64,000 nt of DNA from an uncultured Gammaproteobacteria bacterium (GCA_964512625.1 CAZEKG010000001.1:127652-191651); one strand, 5' to 3'. Counted from the stretch's first letter, positions 1-9,975 are shown. The notes: generated from the sequence alone by a model not told the origin. Numbers and translations: made by a program.

Positions 1-94
1 TTTTTTCCTATTTAGGGTGTTAAAAATCTTGAGCATAATTTTCGCCTATTTTTCTTAAGTTTATCCGAAAACCGCCTTTTTGGCAAATAAGCCT

Positions 95-124
95 TAATTT
101 AAAAAGAGGCTTTTTCAAGCCTCT
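95..124 (-). terminator. rho-independent terminator downstream of the Cys-rich ORF
   Basis: Hairpin AGAGGC-N8-GCCTCT at 105-124, followed by a T-run on the minus strand (A-run 101-104 on plus). Confidence 0.5.
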
Positions 125-461
125 ATTCGATAGTCGAGCCAGGTACCGCCTTACTAGATACCGGATTAGCGAGATAACAGACAACGCACTTGCAGCCATC
201 AATCGAACCGGTTTTCTCCGCTCCACAATCAGTCAGCCGATAAAGCGGCTGATGACAATCACGGCACAATCGGAGAACGATATCCAATCTTTCCGTCGGC
301 GTTCCACAAACCAAACACTTTTCCCGACGCCGGCAAACAGGACTCTTGTCGTCAAAAAACGGAACGCAAACTCTAAATCCGCAATTACGACACACGAAAT
401 CATGATCGCATGACCGACAAGTCTCCTGAATAACCGGTTTCACCTCTTGAATCGTATTCAT
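123..461 (-). CDS. cysteine-rich small protein (16 Cys, several CxxC pairs; zinc-ribbon-like), orphan ORF
   Basis: 112-aa ORF with AGGAGG 8 nt upstream of ATG. GC is visibly higher (~47%) than flanks. Confidence 0.5.
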   Translation of the reverse strand: MNTIQEVKPVIQETCRSCDHDFVCRNCGFRVCVPFFDDKSPVCRRREKCLVCGTPTERLDIVLRLCRDCHQPLYRLTDCGAEKTGSIDGCKCVVCYLANPVSSKAVPGSTIE

Positions 462-499
462 AACTCACGCCTCCTTTTTTAACTCCTCACCACAAAAAG

Positions 500-527
500 A
501 ACAAAAAACTCCGCCTCTTCGGCGGAG
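500..527 (-). terminator. rho-independent terminator of the coiled-coil protein gene
   Basis: Hairpin CTCCGCC-TCTTC-GGCGGAG at 509-527 followed by T6 on the minus strand. Confidence 0.55.
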
Positions 528-648
528 CTCTCTTAGAAATAGAGTATGAGAAAACTAACCGCCGCTTAGCCGGAGCAACAAGCCTAACAACAAGTTTGTT
601 CGCGAAATAGTTTTCATGCTTTAATCTTAAATATTAGAGCTAAAAATG

Positions 649-999
649 TCAAATCTTCTTGAAATTAACCCTGAAGATCGGCTCATATTCATTCTCATAA
701 GCGTCATTAACCTTGACTGTCTCACCTTTCATTAATTGATTGATCGCTAAATCGCTTAACATCTCATTATCCGTATCCAAGTCTATTTTTAAATCATCTA
801 ATTGAGTATATTCACTGGAAAGCTGATGGCGAATCTCCCCTTCGATCTCTTTTTTCTTATCGCGCAACTCCTTTAATTCTTCCTGGATTTTTTTATATTG
901 AACCGAGGAATCGAAAGCATCCCTAATGATTGATTTTATTTCTTTTTGTTTTTTCTTGGTTTCCTGAATGCGAATAAAAACCTCCTGGAGATTAGACAT
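649..999 (-). CDS. hypothetical coiled-coil protein, K/E-rich
   Basis: 116-aa ORF with charged heptad-like composition. Confidence 0.45.
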   Translation of the reverse strand: MSNLQEVFIRIQETKKKQKEIKSIIRDAFDSSVQYKKIQEELKELRDKKKEIEGEIRHQLSSEYTQLDDLKIDLDTDNEMLSDLAINQLMKGETVKVNDAYENEYEPIFRVNFKKI

Positions 1000-1035
1000 T
1001 TATTTTATATGTTATTTATGATTTTTTTAAAAAAA

Positions 1036-2001
1036 TTACCGACTTTCTTCGATTTGTTTGATCCAATTAGCAAAAACTTCCCCTGTTCTCGAATCTGGTC
1101 TCATTCGATGAAGACCGTTAAGATTACCAGCCGATTGCCAAGCGCCAGGCAAAGTCGTAACCGCACCAAGATAGCCAGCGTCAGCCACAATCTTTTTATA
1201 TTCTTCCTTATATCGACCATAAGGATAGGCAAAAGTTTCAACCGGCAATCCAGTTATTTGCTCTAAATCAGTTTTACTATTAGCAATTTCCGTCACCGCA
1301 TCATTATAGCCAATAATACTAAGATCAGGATGATTAAAAGTATGGGAACCAATTTCTACATAACCACTATTAGCCATTTCCTTGACCTGAGCATGAGTTA
1401 GATAACCAGACTGGCCAAGAGCATTAACAATAATATAAAAAGTCGCCTTCATATCATATTTCTTTAAGAGAGGATAAACATTGGTATAAAAATCAAGATA
1501 GCCATCATCAAAACTAAGAGCGACAGTTCTTGGCGGTAAAGCTTGATTCGCTCGGAGGCTTCTTGCGATATCTCTAACAAAAACCGTATTGTATGATAGC
1601 GATTTAAGTTCTTTAAGTTGATTCTCAAAATCAGCCGGCGCAATATATAATCCAGGTAATTTAGCATTCGGCGGAATCGGCTCGACATAATGATAAATGA
1701 AGATCGGCGCCTTAATTGAAAATTTAGACTGATTGCTGTCTTTAATTTTTTCTTCTTTTTTTGTTCCAACTATAACTGGCTGAGTAGTCGTAACTTCTTT
1801 ACTTATTACCGGCGTAGAAGAAACAGCAATAGTGTCGGTTATTCTTTGTTCATTCCAAAGATATTGCTGTTCGATATTTTTTTGACTGCCATTACTGCTG
1901 AAGGATAAACCATACCAATTCTCCAACCAAAAAAAACCGGCCACGGAGACGATAACTAATAAATTAACTGTCAAGATTATATTATTCCTATTTTTTATCA
2001 T
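1036..2001 (-). CDS. polysaccharide deacetylase (NodB-homology domain) with N-terminal TM anchor
   Basis: FDDGY and HTFNHPDL motifs typical of CE4 deacetylases; N-terminal hydrophobic helix. Confidence 0.75.
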   Translation of the reverse strand: MIKNRNNIILTVNLLVIVSVAGFFWLENWYGLSFSSNGSQKNIEQQYLWNEQRITDTIAVSSTPVISKEVTTTQPVIVGTKKEEKIKDSNQSKFSIKAPIFIYHYVEPIPPNAKLPGLYIAPADFENQLKELKSLSYNTVFVRDIARSLRANQALPPRTVALSFDDGYLDFYTNVYPLLKKYDMKATFYIIVNALGQSGYLTHAQVKEMANSGYVEIGSHTFNHPDLSIIGYNDAVTEIANSKTDLEQITGLPVETFAYPYGRYKEEYKKIVADAGYLGAVTTLPGAWQSAGNLNGLHRMRPDSRTGEVFANWIKQIEESR

Positions 2002-3362
2002 ACTTCGTAAAATTTTCCTTCTTCAATAATAACGGGATTGAGTTTTAATTTTTGTTTTATGCCATCAGCCAACATTAAACTTGATTTTTCCTCGCCATGA
2101 CCTATAAAAACAACCTTAGGCTTCGGACTATTTATCTTTTTTAACCAATGAAGCAATTTCGGCTGATCGGCATGGGAAGAATAAGCGCCAATCGCGGAAA
2201 CTTTCGCTTTTACTCTTATCTTTTTTCCTTCGATATTAATTTCCTTATCGCCCCTTAAAAGCCGTCGGCCGAGAGAGCCTTCTGATTGATAACTGATGAT
2301 TAAAAGATGATTTTTCGAACTATCAAGATACTCTTTAAGATGAAAAACCATGCGACCGCCGTTTAACATTCCGCCGCCGGCCAAAATGATCTTCGGCGGA
2401 GGCGTTCGATTGATTTTCTTGCTCTGGGCAACGGTTCTAGTATACTCTAATCCGGGGAATTTGAAAAGGTCATCGCCATCGCGGATTCTTGACCTTGACT
2501 CCTTATCAAAAAAATCATGGTATTTCTCATAAATCCCTATCGCCTCAATTGAAAGCGGGCCATCTAAAAATACCGGCACGGCCGGGATTTGGCGACTCTC
2601 CGAAAGATAATTAAGCTCATATAAAACTTCCTGAGTTCTTTCCAGAGCAAAAACCGGGATCATTAAAACTCCTCCTCGATCAACGGTTTCAAGGATCGCC
2701 TGACGCAACATCTTAACCCGGAGATCGGCCGGCTCATGGATTTTACCGCCATAAGTCGATTCAATAAAAACCACTTCCGCTCCTTTAATGAATTCCGTAT
2801 CCTGAACTACCGGCACAGGAGAATTACCTAAATCACCTGAAAAAACCAACTTTTTTTCCCTTAGGCCTTCCCTAACATAAACCTCAACTATCGCCGAACC
2901 AAGAATATGTCCGGCATCACGAAAAACAATTGAAACATCGGAAGATAATTTTTGTTTTTTACGATATGGCAATCCCCAAAAAAGAGGAAAAACTTTCCTA
3001 ACCTCCCTCTCTCCGTAAAGAGGCGGTAAGCGATATTTCTTAAATTCCTCAGCCATGACCTTAGCGCTATCGAGCATGATAATTTCCACCAACTCTCTAG
3101 TCGGATCAGTAGAATAGATCTTGCCATTAAAGCCCTCGGCGACTAACTTTGGCAACCGAGCGCAATGATCGGCGTGAGCATGAGTAAGAATAACGAAATT
3201 AATCTCTTTAGGATCAAAAGAAAAGGGCTTAAAATTATCCTCACTGGCAAAACGACCGCCCTGAAATATGCCGCAGTCAATTAAAAATTTCGTTTTTTTA
3301 GTTTCCAATAAAATGCAAGAACCGGTAACTTGCTTGGCGGCGCCGTTAAAAGATATTTTCAT
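1998..3362 (-). CDS. MBL-fold beta-CASP family ribonuclease (RNA-metabolising metallo-beta-lactamase)
   Basis: HAHADH motif, C-terminal beta-CASP/RMMBL-like region, 454 aa. Four-nt overlap with the downstream gene. Confidence 0.7.
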   Translation of the reverse strand: MKISFNGAAKQVTGSCILLETKKTKFLIDCGIFQGGRFASEDNFKPFSFDPKEINFVILTHAHADHCARLPKLVAEGFNGKIYSTDPTRELVEIIMLDSAKVMAEEFKKYRLPPLYGEREVRKVFPLFWGLPYRKKQKLSSDVSIVFRDAGHILGSAIVEVYVREGLREKKLVFSGDLGNSPVPVVQDTEFIKGAEVVFIESTYGGKIHEPADLRVKMLRQAILETVDRGGVLMIPVFALERTQEVLYELNYLSESRQIPAVPVFLDGPLSIEAIGIYEKYHDFFDKESRSRIRDGDDLFKFPGLEYTRTVAQSKKINRTPPPKIILAGGGMLNGGRMVFHLKEYLDSSKNHLLIISYQSEGSLGRRLLRGDKEINIEGKKIRVKAKVSAIGAYSSHADQPKLLHWLKKINSPKPKVVFIGHGEEKSSLMLADGIKQKLKLNPVIIEEGKFYEV

Positions 3363-3418
3363 GTCTTAATTATAACAAAACTTTTAACCATAACCAAACA
3401 AGATTAGAAAAATAAAAA

Positions 3419-3982
3419 TCAAAACTTAATCGCTTTCAATCTTCGATTAAGAACGCGATAATTGGGGATTGTCTTAGCGACTAAACTCCAAAACCTTAAG
3501 CTATGATTCATTTCTTTCAAATGGCACAACTCATGAACAATTACTAAATCGGAAATTTCTGGCTCTAAAAAAATTAAGCGATAATTAAAATTCAAGTTAC
3601 CTTTACTTGAACAACTACCCCAAAGACTTGAGTGATTTTTGATAGAAATTCTTTCGTATTTAAAGCCGTAATATTGATTATAATATTCTAATCTCTCTTT
3701 GATATGTTTTTTAGCTCTCGCCCGATAGCCTCGATAACCGATTAACGGACTATAACCCGGAAGATTATTAGGCTTATTGCCAATTTTTTCCATCGCCGAT
3801 ATAACCCAATCAATCTTACTACTAACTAATTCCTTTAAATAACTAACCGTAATCAGCTTCGGCGCAGAAACTACAAGGACCGGACCGGCCTTAACGCTAA
3901 GTCTAATCGATTTTAAGCCTCTCCGGCGGTTAACGACGAATTCTAAATCCCTTTCGCCGATTTGTATTTTCTGTTTCTCCAT
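3419..3982 (-). CDS. YgjP-like (DUF45) metal-dependent hydrolase
   Basis: WGSCSSKG...VIVHELCHLKEMNHSLRFW signature (HExxH) of DUF45/M48-like hydrolases. Lies 9 nt downstream of lexA. Confidence 0.7.
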   Translation of the reverse strand: MEKQKIQIGERDLEFVVNRRRGLKSIRLSVKAGPVLVVSAPKLITVSYLKELVSSKIDWVISAMEKIGNKPNNLPGYSPLIGYRGYRARAKKHIKERLEYYNQYYGFKYERISIKNHSSLWGSCSSKGNLNFNYRLIFLEPEISDLVIVHELCHLKEMNHSLRFWSLVAKTIPNYRVLNRRLKAIKF

Positions 3983-3991
3983 GCCTTAAAC

Positions 3992-4660
3992 TTAAAATTG
4001 AAAGGAAGGGGACAATTGGTATTTAAGAACATCAACTACTTTGCCATTAATAACGAAATCATCGCTTGGGGTTAGGAAAATCGGCTGATGTTTTTTATTT
4101 GTTGATTGAGGTAAAAGCACGATAGTTTTCTTATCTATTTTCTTAAAAGTTTTAACCGTCGCTAAGCCGTCGATTACGACTAAAACCTTATCGCCGTCTT
4201 TAAATACCTTAACTTCCGGATCGACAATAATAAAATCGCCGTCTTCGATCCGCTTATTATTTATTACGGAAAGATTCATTGAATCGCCACTAACCTTAAC
4301 AGCGAACAAGTTAGACTTCTTAAAAAGATTCTTGGAAATCTTAAGATAGCCTAAAATATTCTGTTCCGCCCAAAAGAACGGACTACCGGCGCTAGCCGTT
4401 CCGAAAATCGGTAAATCGATAAACGATTTTTTATCAAAAGACTTGAGCTGAGTACCTTTTTTGGTCGGGATACGAGAAACTAAACCTTTCTCTTCAAGCG
4501 ACTTAAGATAAAGAAAAACGCTACGAGTACTTTTTAGCTTAAGCCCGAGCTCAGAACATTTATCCTGAAGCTCGCGAACCTTAGGCATCCGCCCAATATC
4601 GGCGGAAAACTCCTTGATGGCTTGCAGAACTGTTTTCTGCTTTGGGGTTAAGACTTTCAT
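3992..4660 (-). CDS. lexA: LexA repressor (wHTH + S24 peptidase)
   Basis: N-terminal LexA wHTH, Ala-Gly cleavage site (TASAGSPF), and C-terminal Ser/Lys S24 domain (VSGDSM...K). Confidence 0.85.
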   Translation of the reverse strand: MKVLTPKQKTVLQAIKEFSADIGRMPKVRELQDKCSELGLKLKSTRSVFLYLKSLEEKGLVSRIPTKKGTQLKSFDKKSFIDLPIFGTASAGSPFFWAEQNILGYLKISKNLFKKSNLFAVKVSGDSMNLSVINNKRIEDGDFIIVDPEVKVFKDGDKVLVVIDGLATVKTFKKIDKKTIVLLPQSTNKKHQPIFLTPSDDFVINGKVVDVLKYQLSPSFQF

Positions 4661-4809
4661 ATTGTTTACTTATGTTTCATATCTTGTTTAATTATATCAT
4701 CGGGGGATTACCCTGGCAAGACTAAGTTATCAACAGGCCAATTAAATGAATTAAAACAAAAAACCTCGCTCTATTTAAGCAAGATTTTTTTCTCTCCTAA
4801 AATATTACT

Positions 4810-5328
4810 TTAAGCGATCGCGGCTACTGTCGAAATAATTTGATCCGGTTCCTCAAGATCGTAATCGGAAATAAAGTTATCCACTCCCGCCTCTTCAAAA
4901 TCTCCCCCATTCTTACCAATACCGACAACCTTGCCTGAAAAATTAAACTTATTCAATTCCCTAACAATTTCAGAACCCTCAACCCCTTCTGAAAGCGTAT
5001 CGCTAAGAATCACCATATCGGAATTAGAACTTAAGATATATTCTACTAAATCGCTCATATCTTCGCCGTCATACTTAAAGAATTCCGCCTTACCCTCGGT
5101 AGCAGCCAATAATTCAGGAATTAAGGATTTTAAAACCTCGATTAAATCCGTAACCAACAAGACTTTCTTATCCCTTAAAGAATCCCATTCCGGCAAGGTT
5201 TTCGGAACTTCTCGGTATTTAACCGCTTCGTCGCCTAAAAGGGTTTTCATTTTTTCATTAATCTTAGCTAAAATTTCTGATTGGGTCGCTCTACCTTCAG
5301 CTCCAAGCTCGGCTTTAAAATGACGCAT
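4810..5328 (-). CDS. hypothetical protein with a degenerate CheY-like or Rossmann-like C-terminal half
   Basis: 172-aa ORF. A weak alternating beta/alpha pattern (KVLLVTD, MVILSD, KVVGIG) suggests a receiver-like fold. Confidence 0.35.
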   Translation of the reverse strand: MRHFKAELGAEGRATQSEILAKINEKMKTLLGDEAVKYREVPKTLPEWDSLRDKKVLLVTDLIEVLKSLIPELLAATEGKAEFFKYDGEDMSDLVEYILSSNSDMVILSDTLSEGVEGSEIVRELNKFNFSGKVVGIGKNGGDFEEAGVDNFISDYDLEEPDQIISTVAAIA

Positions 5329-5390
5329 ATTTGATAAAATTATTTTCTTTTACGCGTTCATTATACTCCTTATCTTCGAGTTTGACAATA

Positions 5391-5421
5391 AACTAAAAAC
5401 CTCGCTTTTTAAAGCGAGGTT
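5391..5421 (-). terminator. rho-independent terminator of the DEAD-box helicase gene
   Basis: Hairpin AACCTCGC-N8-GCGAGGTT followed by a T-run on the minus strand. Confidence 0.55.
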
Positions 5422-5451
5422 TTAGCTATTTTAAGACTTGAAAATCTTTAA

Positions 5452-6753
5452 TTAACGGCGCTTTCTGCGAGGAAAATCGCCTGGTCGTCTTGACCGGCCT
5501 GACGATCGATTATAACCGCCCGCTCTTGGGCTACTCGAACGGCCATAACCTTCGCGAGAACCGCCTGAACGGCCATACCCGCCCCTAGGACTAACGGAAA
5601 CCGCCTCGACTACCGGAGGTCGGCGTTTAGGCAAAGTTGGTAAATCGTGGATTGGAATCTTAACCTTAATCAGCCTTTCAATATGCCTGACATCATATAA
5701 TTCCGTCGGAGCAATAAAAGAAATAGCTTTGCCTGATTTTCCAGCGCGGCCGGTTCGGCCAATGCGATGGACATAATCCTCGGGATTATCCGGCAAGTCA
5801 AAATTAATAACTAAAGAAATATTATTAACATCAATACCCCGAGCGGCGATATCGGTTGCAATTAAAATACGATAAGCTCCTGATTTAAAACCGCTAAGCG
5901 CTTCTTTACGTTGGCCGAGAGAAAGATTAGAATGCATTTCCGCGGCAGTATAACCCATAGCGCGAACTTCGTGCATGATTTTCTTGGCGCCGTATTTAGT
6001 TCTTGAAAAAACTAAAACTGAGCCTGGATGATCTTCTAAAAGCTTTTCCAGTAACTGCATCTTATTATCTTTGCTAGCTACGAAAGCTTTTTGGTCAATA
6101 TTGGCCGCCGGCAATCCCGGAGGCGCTACCTCGACTCGAAGCGGAGTTTTCATGAAAGTTGTTGCGATCTGAGCGATAGCGTGAGGCATAGTCGCGGAGA
6201 AAAGCAAAGTTTGCCTTTCCTGGGGAGCTTGGCTCAAGATTTTCTTGATTTGAGGCATGAAACCGATATCAAGCATCCGATCAGCCTCATCAAGAACGAC
6301 AATACTAACTTTATTAAGACTAATATTTTTTTGATTCATGTGGTCATCAAGCCGGCCCGGAGTCGCAACAATTATATGTGGATTACGCTTAATCATCTCT
6401 AATTGGCGATACATAGAAGCGCCGCCGATTAAAATTGCCGTCTTAAGACCGAATTCGCGACCGATTTTTTGTAAAACCTCATCAACCTGAAGAGCTAACT
6501 CCCTAGTCGGTAAAAGGATTAGGCCTTGACCTTGACTCTCAGAAAGTCGTTGAAGCATAGGAATGCCAAAAGCTAAGGTTTTACCCGTACCTGTTTGAGC
6601 GATACCAACGACATCCTTGCCCTCAATAGCCAAAGGAATAACCCTGGCCTGAATAGGAGTCGGCTCACTGAATTGTTTTTCGAGAACCTTTAAAAGATTC
6701 GGAACAATGCCAAGCTCGTTAAAAGCTGGCACTTTTTGTTTGTTTTGTGTCAT
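5452..6753 (-). CDS. DEAD-box ATP-dependent RNA helicase with C-terminal RGG/Gly-Arg-rich tail
   Basis: Q-motif, GTGKT, DEAD, SAT, and HRIGRTGRAG motifs. The C-terminal R/G-rich tail gives local GC elevation. Confidence 0.9.
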   Translation of the reverse strand: MTQNKQKVPAFNELGIVPNLLKVLEKQFSEPTPIQARVIPLAIEGKDVVGIAQTGTGKTLAFGIPMLQRLSESQGQGLILLPTRELALQVDEVLQKIGREFGLKTAILIGGASMYRQLEMIKRNPHIIVATPGRLDDHMNQKNISLNKVSIVVLDEADRMLDIGFMPQIKKILSQAPQERQTLLFSATMPHAIAQIATTFMKTPLRVEVAPPGLPAANIDQKAFVASKDNKMQLLEKLLEDHPGSVLVFSRTKYGAKKIMHEVRAMGYTAAEMHSNLSLGQRKEALSGFKSGAYRILIATDIAARGIDVNNISLVINFDLPDNPEDYVHRIGRTGRAGKSGKAISFIAPTELYDVRHIERLIKVKIPIHDLPTLPKRRPPVVEAVSVSPRGGYGRSGGSREGYGRSSSPRAGGYNRSSGRSRRPGDFPRRKRR

Positions 6754-6912
6754 ATTTTTTTATTTGTGACCCATATTCCAGTTGAGCCACATCAGTAATG
6801 ACACAAAAAAGGTTAGAGTCGCTAAACGCCTTAAATAGCGCTAGGATTATTAAATCTCTTATATACTATCATAAATGATATTTTTTGTCAACATCTGACC
6901 AAAATATCCCCA

Positions 6913-8367
6913 TTAAACCTTACTTAAATCTAAATACTCGTCAATTCTGATTTCTTTGACAAAATCGGGCATATGACTGACTAAAAGCATCGCTCCTTCG
7001 TAATTATTGATCGCCTCGGCAATAACCGGAATATGGCGGAAGTTGATATGATTGGTCGGCTCATCAAGGATAAGAAGTCCCGGCTTCATTAAGACTAAGC
7101 GAGCGAAAGATAATAAGCCTTTTTGACCCTCGGATAAATCCCCTACCCTATTACCCATTAAATCGCCGGTAATTAAAAAGCTGGCTGCGACGGCGCGCAT
7201 GTTTTGAATATCGATAATATCATCGTTAATAGAAGCCTTAAGCGAATCGAAAACCGTATCCTCAAAATTAAGATTAGAGAAATCCTGACTGTAATAGCCG
7301 ACAATAACGCCTTCGGTAATCTTTGCTCCTTCCGACTCCCCGGAAACCAGCGTTCTTAAGAAAGTGCTTTTCCCAATACCGTTAGGACCTTCGACTAAGA
7401 CATGCTTATTCTTCCTAATTGTTAAATCAACCTCTTTAACTAAAGGCAGATGATCATAAAAAGATAAAATGGAACTTATTTTTACGACATCCGTAATGAC
7501 ATTTTGAGCCGGAATACGGAATTTCCTAATCGTCTTATCCTCTCTTCGGACATCGACCATATTCTCCTCAAGTTCTTCAGTTTCTTCCTTAAGTTTCTTA
7601 GCCAGCTTTCTCATCTTACCTCCCTTGTTAGCGAAAAAATTGACTTTCTCCTTACGGTCGCGGATCACTTTTTCAGCTCGGGCGTTTTCCATCAACTCCC
7701 TTTCAATTCGCTTGCTGATTTCCTCGACAACCGAATAATAATCGCCAACATAGCTTTCAATCTTATGCTTAAAAACATCAAGATAAATAACGCCGTCAGT
7801 AAAGCAGTTTAAGAAGTCGGCGTCATGGGAAATAACAATAACTGTCTTATCATACATGACTAAGAATTGAATTAAATGGTCGATTCCGGCTTGATCAAGA
7901 TTGTTAGTCGGTTCATCAAGCAGTAAGATATCGGGATCCTGGACTAAAGCGAAGGCAAGGAGTAGTCGCGCTTGTTGACCGCCGGAAAGAGCCGCTACTT
8001 TGCGATCATAAGCGACATTAAGATTGACCGCCTCAAGAACTTTATTGATCCTACTTTTTATATTGGTCGGCACAACCTCAAAGGCTTTAGAAAAGTATTC
8101 CTCCACATTAAGCTCAAGATCTTCGCGAGCAATTACCTGGCGAGCCGTTCCGATCGTCGCATTATTAGTTATATGGATACTACCCTCTTTAGGTTTTAAC
8201 TTGCCAAGGATAAGATTAAAGATCGTTGTCTTGCCGGCGCCGTTTTGACCCATTAAAGTAACCTTAGAACCCTTGCGAATGCTAAAACTTGCCTCGTCAA
8301 GGAGAGGTTTTTTATGAGCATATTCAAAAGTAACTTCATCAAACCTTAAGACAACTTCTTCCGCCAT
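6913..8367 (-). CDS. ABC-F family ATPase (two tandem ABC domains, no TMD)
   Basis: Two Walker A sites (GQNGAGKT, GPNGIGKS), two signature motifs (LSGGQ, LSEGQ), and an inter-domain linker. Confidence 0.85.
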   Translation of the reverse strand: MAEEVVLRFDEVTFEYAHKKPLLDEASFSIRKGSKVTLMGQNGAGKTTIFNLILGKLKPKEGSIHITNNATIGTARQVIAREDLELNVEEYFSKAFEVVPTNIKSRINKVLEAVNLNVAYDRKVAALSGGQQARLLLAFALVQDPDILLLDEPTNNLDQAGIDHLIQFLVMYDKTVIVISHDADFLNCFTDGVIYLDVFKHKIESYVGDYYSVVEEISKRIERELMENARAEKVIRDRKEKVNFFANKGGKMRKLAKKLKEETEELEENMVDVRREDKTIRKFRIPAQNVITDVVKISSILSFYDHLPLVKEVDLTIRKNKHVLVEGPNGIGKSTFLRTLVSGESEGAKITEGVIVGYYSQDFSNLNFEDTVFDSLKASINDDIIDIQNMRAVAASFLITGDLMGNRVGDLSEGQKGLLSFARLVLMKPGLLILDEPTNHINFRHIPVIAEAINNYEGAMLLVSHMPDFVKEIRIDEYLDLSKV

Positions 8368-8477
8368 TTTTTTTATGATTAAATATGATATTAAAAACGC
8401 ATATTATTGCGTCTGGAAAAGATTACTGATTAACTTTTGCATGATAACAGATTTCCGCTCTTTTGTCCATTCCCGAG

Positions 8478-9293
8478 CTAAAGCCAAGCCCTAATAAGGC
8501 CGGCGGTCGTTTTTGGCTTCTCAAGAACAACCACATGACCGGCATTGCTAACTAATTTAAAATCAGCTCCGGGCATCCGATCAGCCAATTCCTTAACCGA
8601 CTTCCAGGGAGCGATTTCATCGCGATCGCCGGCAATGACTAAAGCCGGATTCTTAATTTTATCCGCCAGCGCGTATAAGTCTGATTGATAAAAATCATTG
8701 AACATATCAATACTGATTTGGGGGTTTAAGCGATCAAGTTCTCGATTACTGTCGGCAATCAGCTTTTTCCGTCTTTCTGGCCCGGAGGATTTATAAATAA
8801 TAAGATTGCCGGCTTGGCGATACAGCTTATTATAAAGCCAGGGTTTTTTTAAGCCATTAGGCAATTTATCCGCTATTAAATATTCCAAAGCGGCTAACTG
8901 AGCAATAAAACCTTCGACTCTTAAAACTGGCGTTATTAAGACGGCTTTAGAAATCCGCTCGGGATACTGGCTACTAAAACTCAAGGCTAAACGAGCGCCG
9001 AATGAATGGCCAATTATTTTTACCTTATTAAGGCCTATCTCCTTAAAAAAAAGATCTAACCAACTAACATATTTATCAAGCGAATGCTGACCATTTAACG
9101 GAGCTGATTCTCCACATGAAGGCATATCAGGAATAATAAGCCGATAATCATCCAATCCCCTGGCTAAGTCTAAAAGTCCGCCATGATTGCCGGGAAAGCC
9201 ATGGAGTAAAAGAATGGTTTCCGGTTTATTAGGATTTTTCTCCCAATAATGAAACTCCCCTTCGTTTATTTTTATAGTATTTTTTTTAAACAT
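8478..9293 (-). CDS. alpha/beta-fold hydrolase
   Basis: HGFPGN oxyanion region and GHSFGA nucleophile elbow. Confidence 0.75.
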   Translation of the reverse strand: MFKKNTIKINEGEFHYWEKNPNKPETILLLHGFPGNHGGLLDLARGLDDYRLIIPDMPSCGESAPLNGQHSLDKYVSWLDLFFKEIGLNKVKIIGHSFGARLALSFSSQYPERISKAVLITPVLRVEGFIAQLAALEYLIADKLPNGLKKPWLYNKLYRQAGNLIIYKSSGPERRKKLIADSNRELDRLNPQISIDMFNDFYQSDLYALADKIKNPALVIAGDRDEIAPWKSVKELADRMPGADFKLVSNAGHVVVLEKPKTTAGLIRAWL

Positions 9294-9420
9294 GATTACT
9301 TCCGATTATTTCTTCTTCATTTTAGCTTAAATAATGATAAATTTCAATTCAAGGGAATTAAAAGAGGGGCGTCCATATCAATGGATCACCCCTTGTATTT
9401 CTCTGTCTGGAAGGAGCTCC

Positions 9421-9825
9421 TTAGGCGAGGATTGCTCCAATCAAATTTCCGTCGAAAAGACCTCCGGAATTGCAGAGCTCCGGTTTGGGCTCCCAATAGA
9501 ACTGGTAGTCCTTGGCGACGCCGAAACTTCCGGCATTGTTCGGAAGAAGGTCTTGGAAGTGACGTCGGCATTCCATCCAGAACAAACCGTTGACAAAATC
9601 GCTTTGCTCCCTCAAATCCTCAAGAACTTGTCGCGCCCTCTCTCCAAGAGCCTTGACCTCTTTGATGCTGTCGATCGCATCGAGCTCTTCCTGAAAGCGC
9701 TGCTTCGTCGCCCGCAACTCTTCACCCAAATACCTCCGAAGCGCGAACAGACGCTTCAGGCGGTCAGGAAGAACGCCGATGACAGTCTGGTTTTCTTCGA
9801 GTTCTGACAGCGGTCCCTCGACCAT
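9421..9825 (-). CDS. hypothetical protein, GC-rich orphan ORF (cassette a)
   Basis: 134-aa ORF in a ~600-bp block of ~50% GC. The overlapping plus-strand ORFs have poorer protein-like composition. Confidence 0.45.
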   Translation of the reverse strand: MVEGPLSELEENQTVIGVLPDRLKRLFALRRYLGEELRATKQRFQEELDAIDSIKEVKALGERARQVLEDLREQSDFVNGLFWMECRRHFQDLLPNNAGSFGVAKDYQFYWEPKPELCNSGGLFDGNLIGAILA

Positions 9826-9946
9826 CTCCAGGTCGATAGCTTCCGCACGCTCGAGTAACGTCTCAACAAAAAAAGAAGCTTCATCACAATTCCTCCGACT
9901 TTGAGTTAAGGGACAACCGCTGGCCTACTTACCAGCAGCACCCAAT

Positions 9947-9975
9947 ATTGTAATATATAATAAAAAAAATGTCAA
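9947..9975 (-). promoter_or_regulatory. sigma70-like promoter TTGACA-17-TACAAT driving cassette a
   Basis: Read on the minus strand: TTGACA (9970-9975), 17-nt spacer, TACAAT (9947-9952). Confidence 0.5.

Noticed and set aside
946-1769. Track ORFs 946-1266 (+) and 1464-1769 (-) inside or antisense to the polysaccharide deacetylase gene
   Set aside because: Fully overlapped by a longer ORF with clear domain motifs. Low-complexity translation, no RBS.
5452-5650. Local GC-rich stretch at the 3' end of the DEAD-box helicase gene as a seventh acquired cassette
   Set aside because: It is explained by the RGG/GYGR repeat tail (Arg/Gly codons) within a clearly native gene.
9249-9807. Plus-strand ORFs 9249-9593 and 9334-9807, and minus-strand 9386-9571, within cassette a
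   Set aside because: Products of high-GC sequence read in alternative frames. The 9421-9825 minus-strand frame has the more protein-like composition and matches the promoter orientation.
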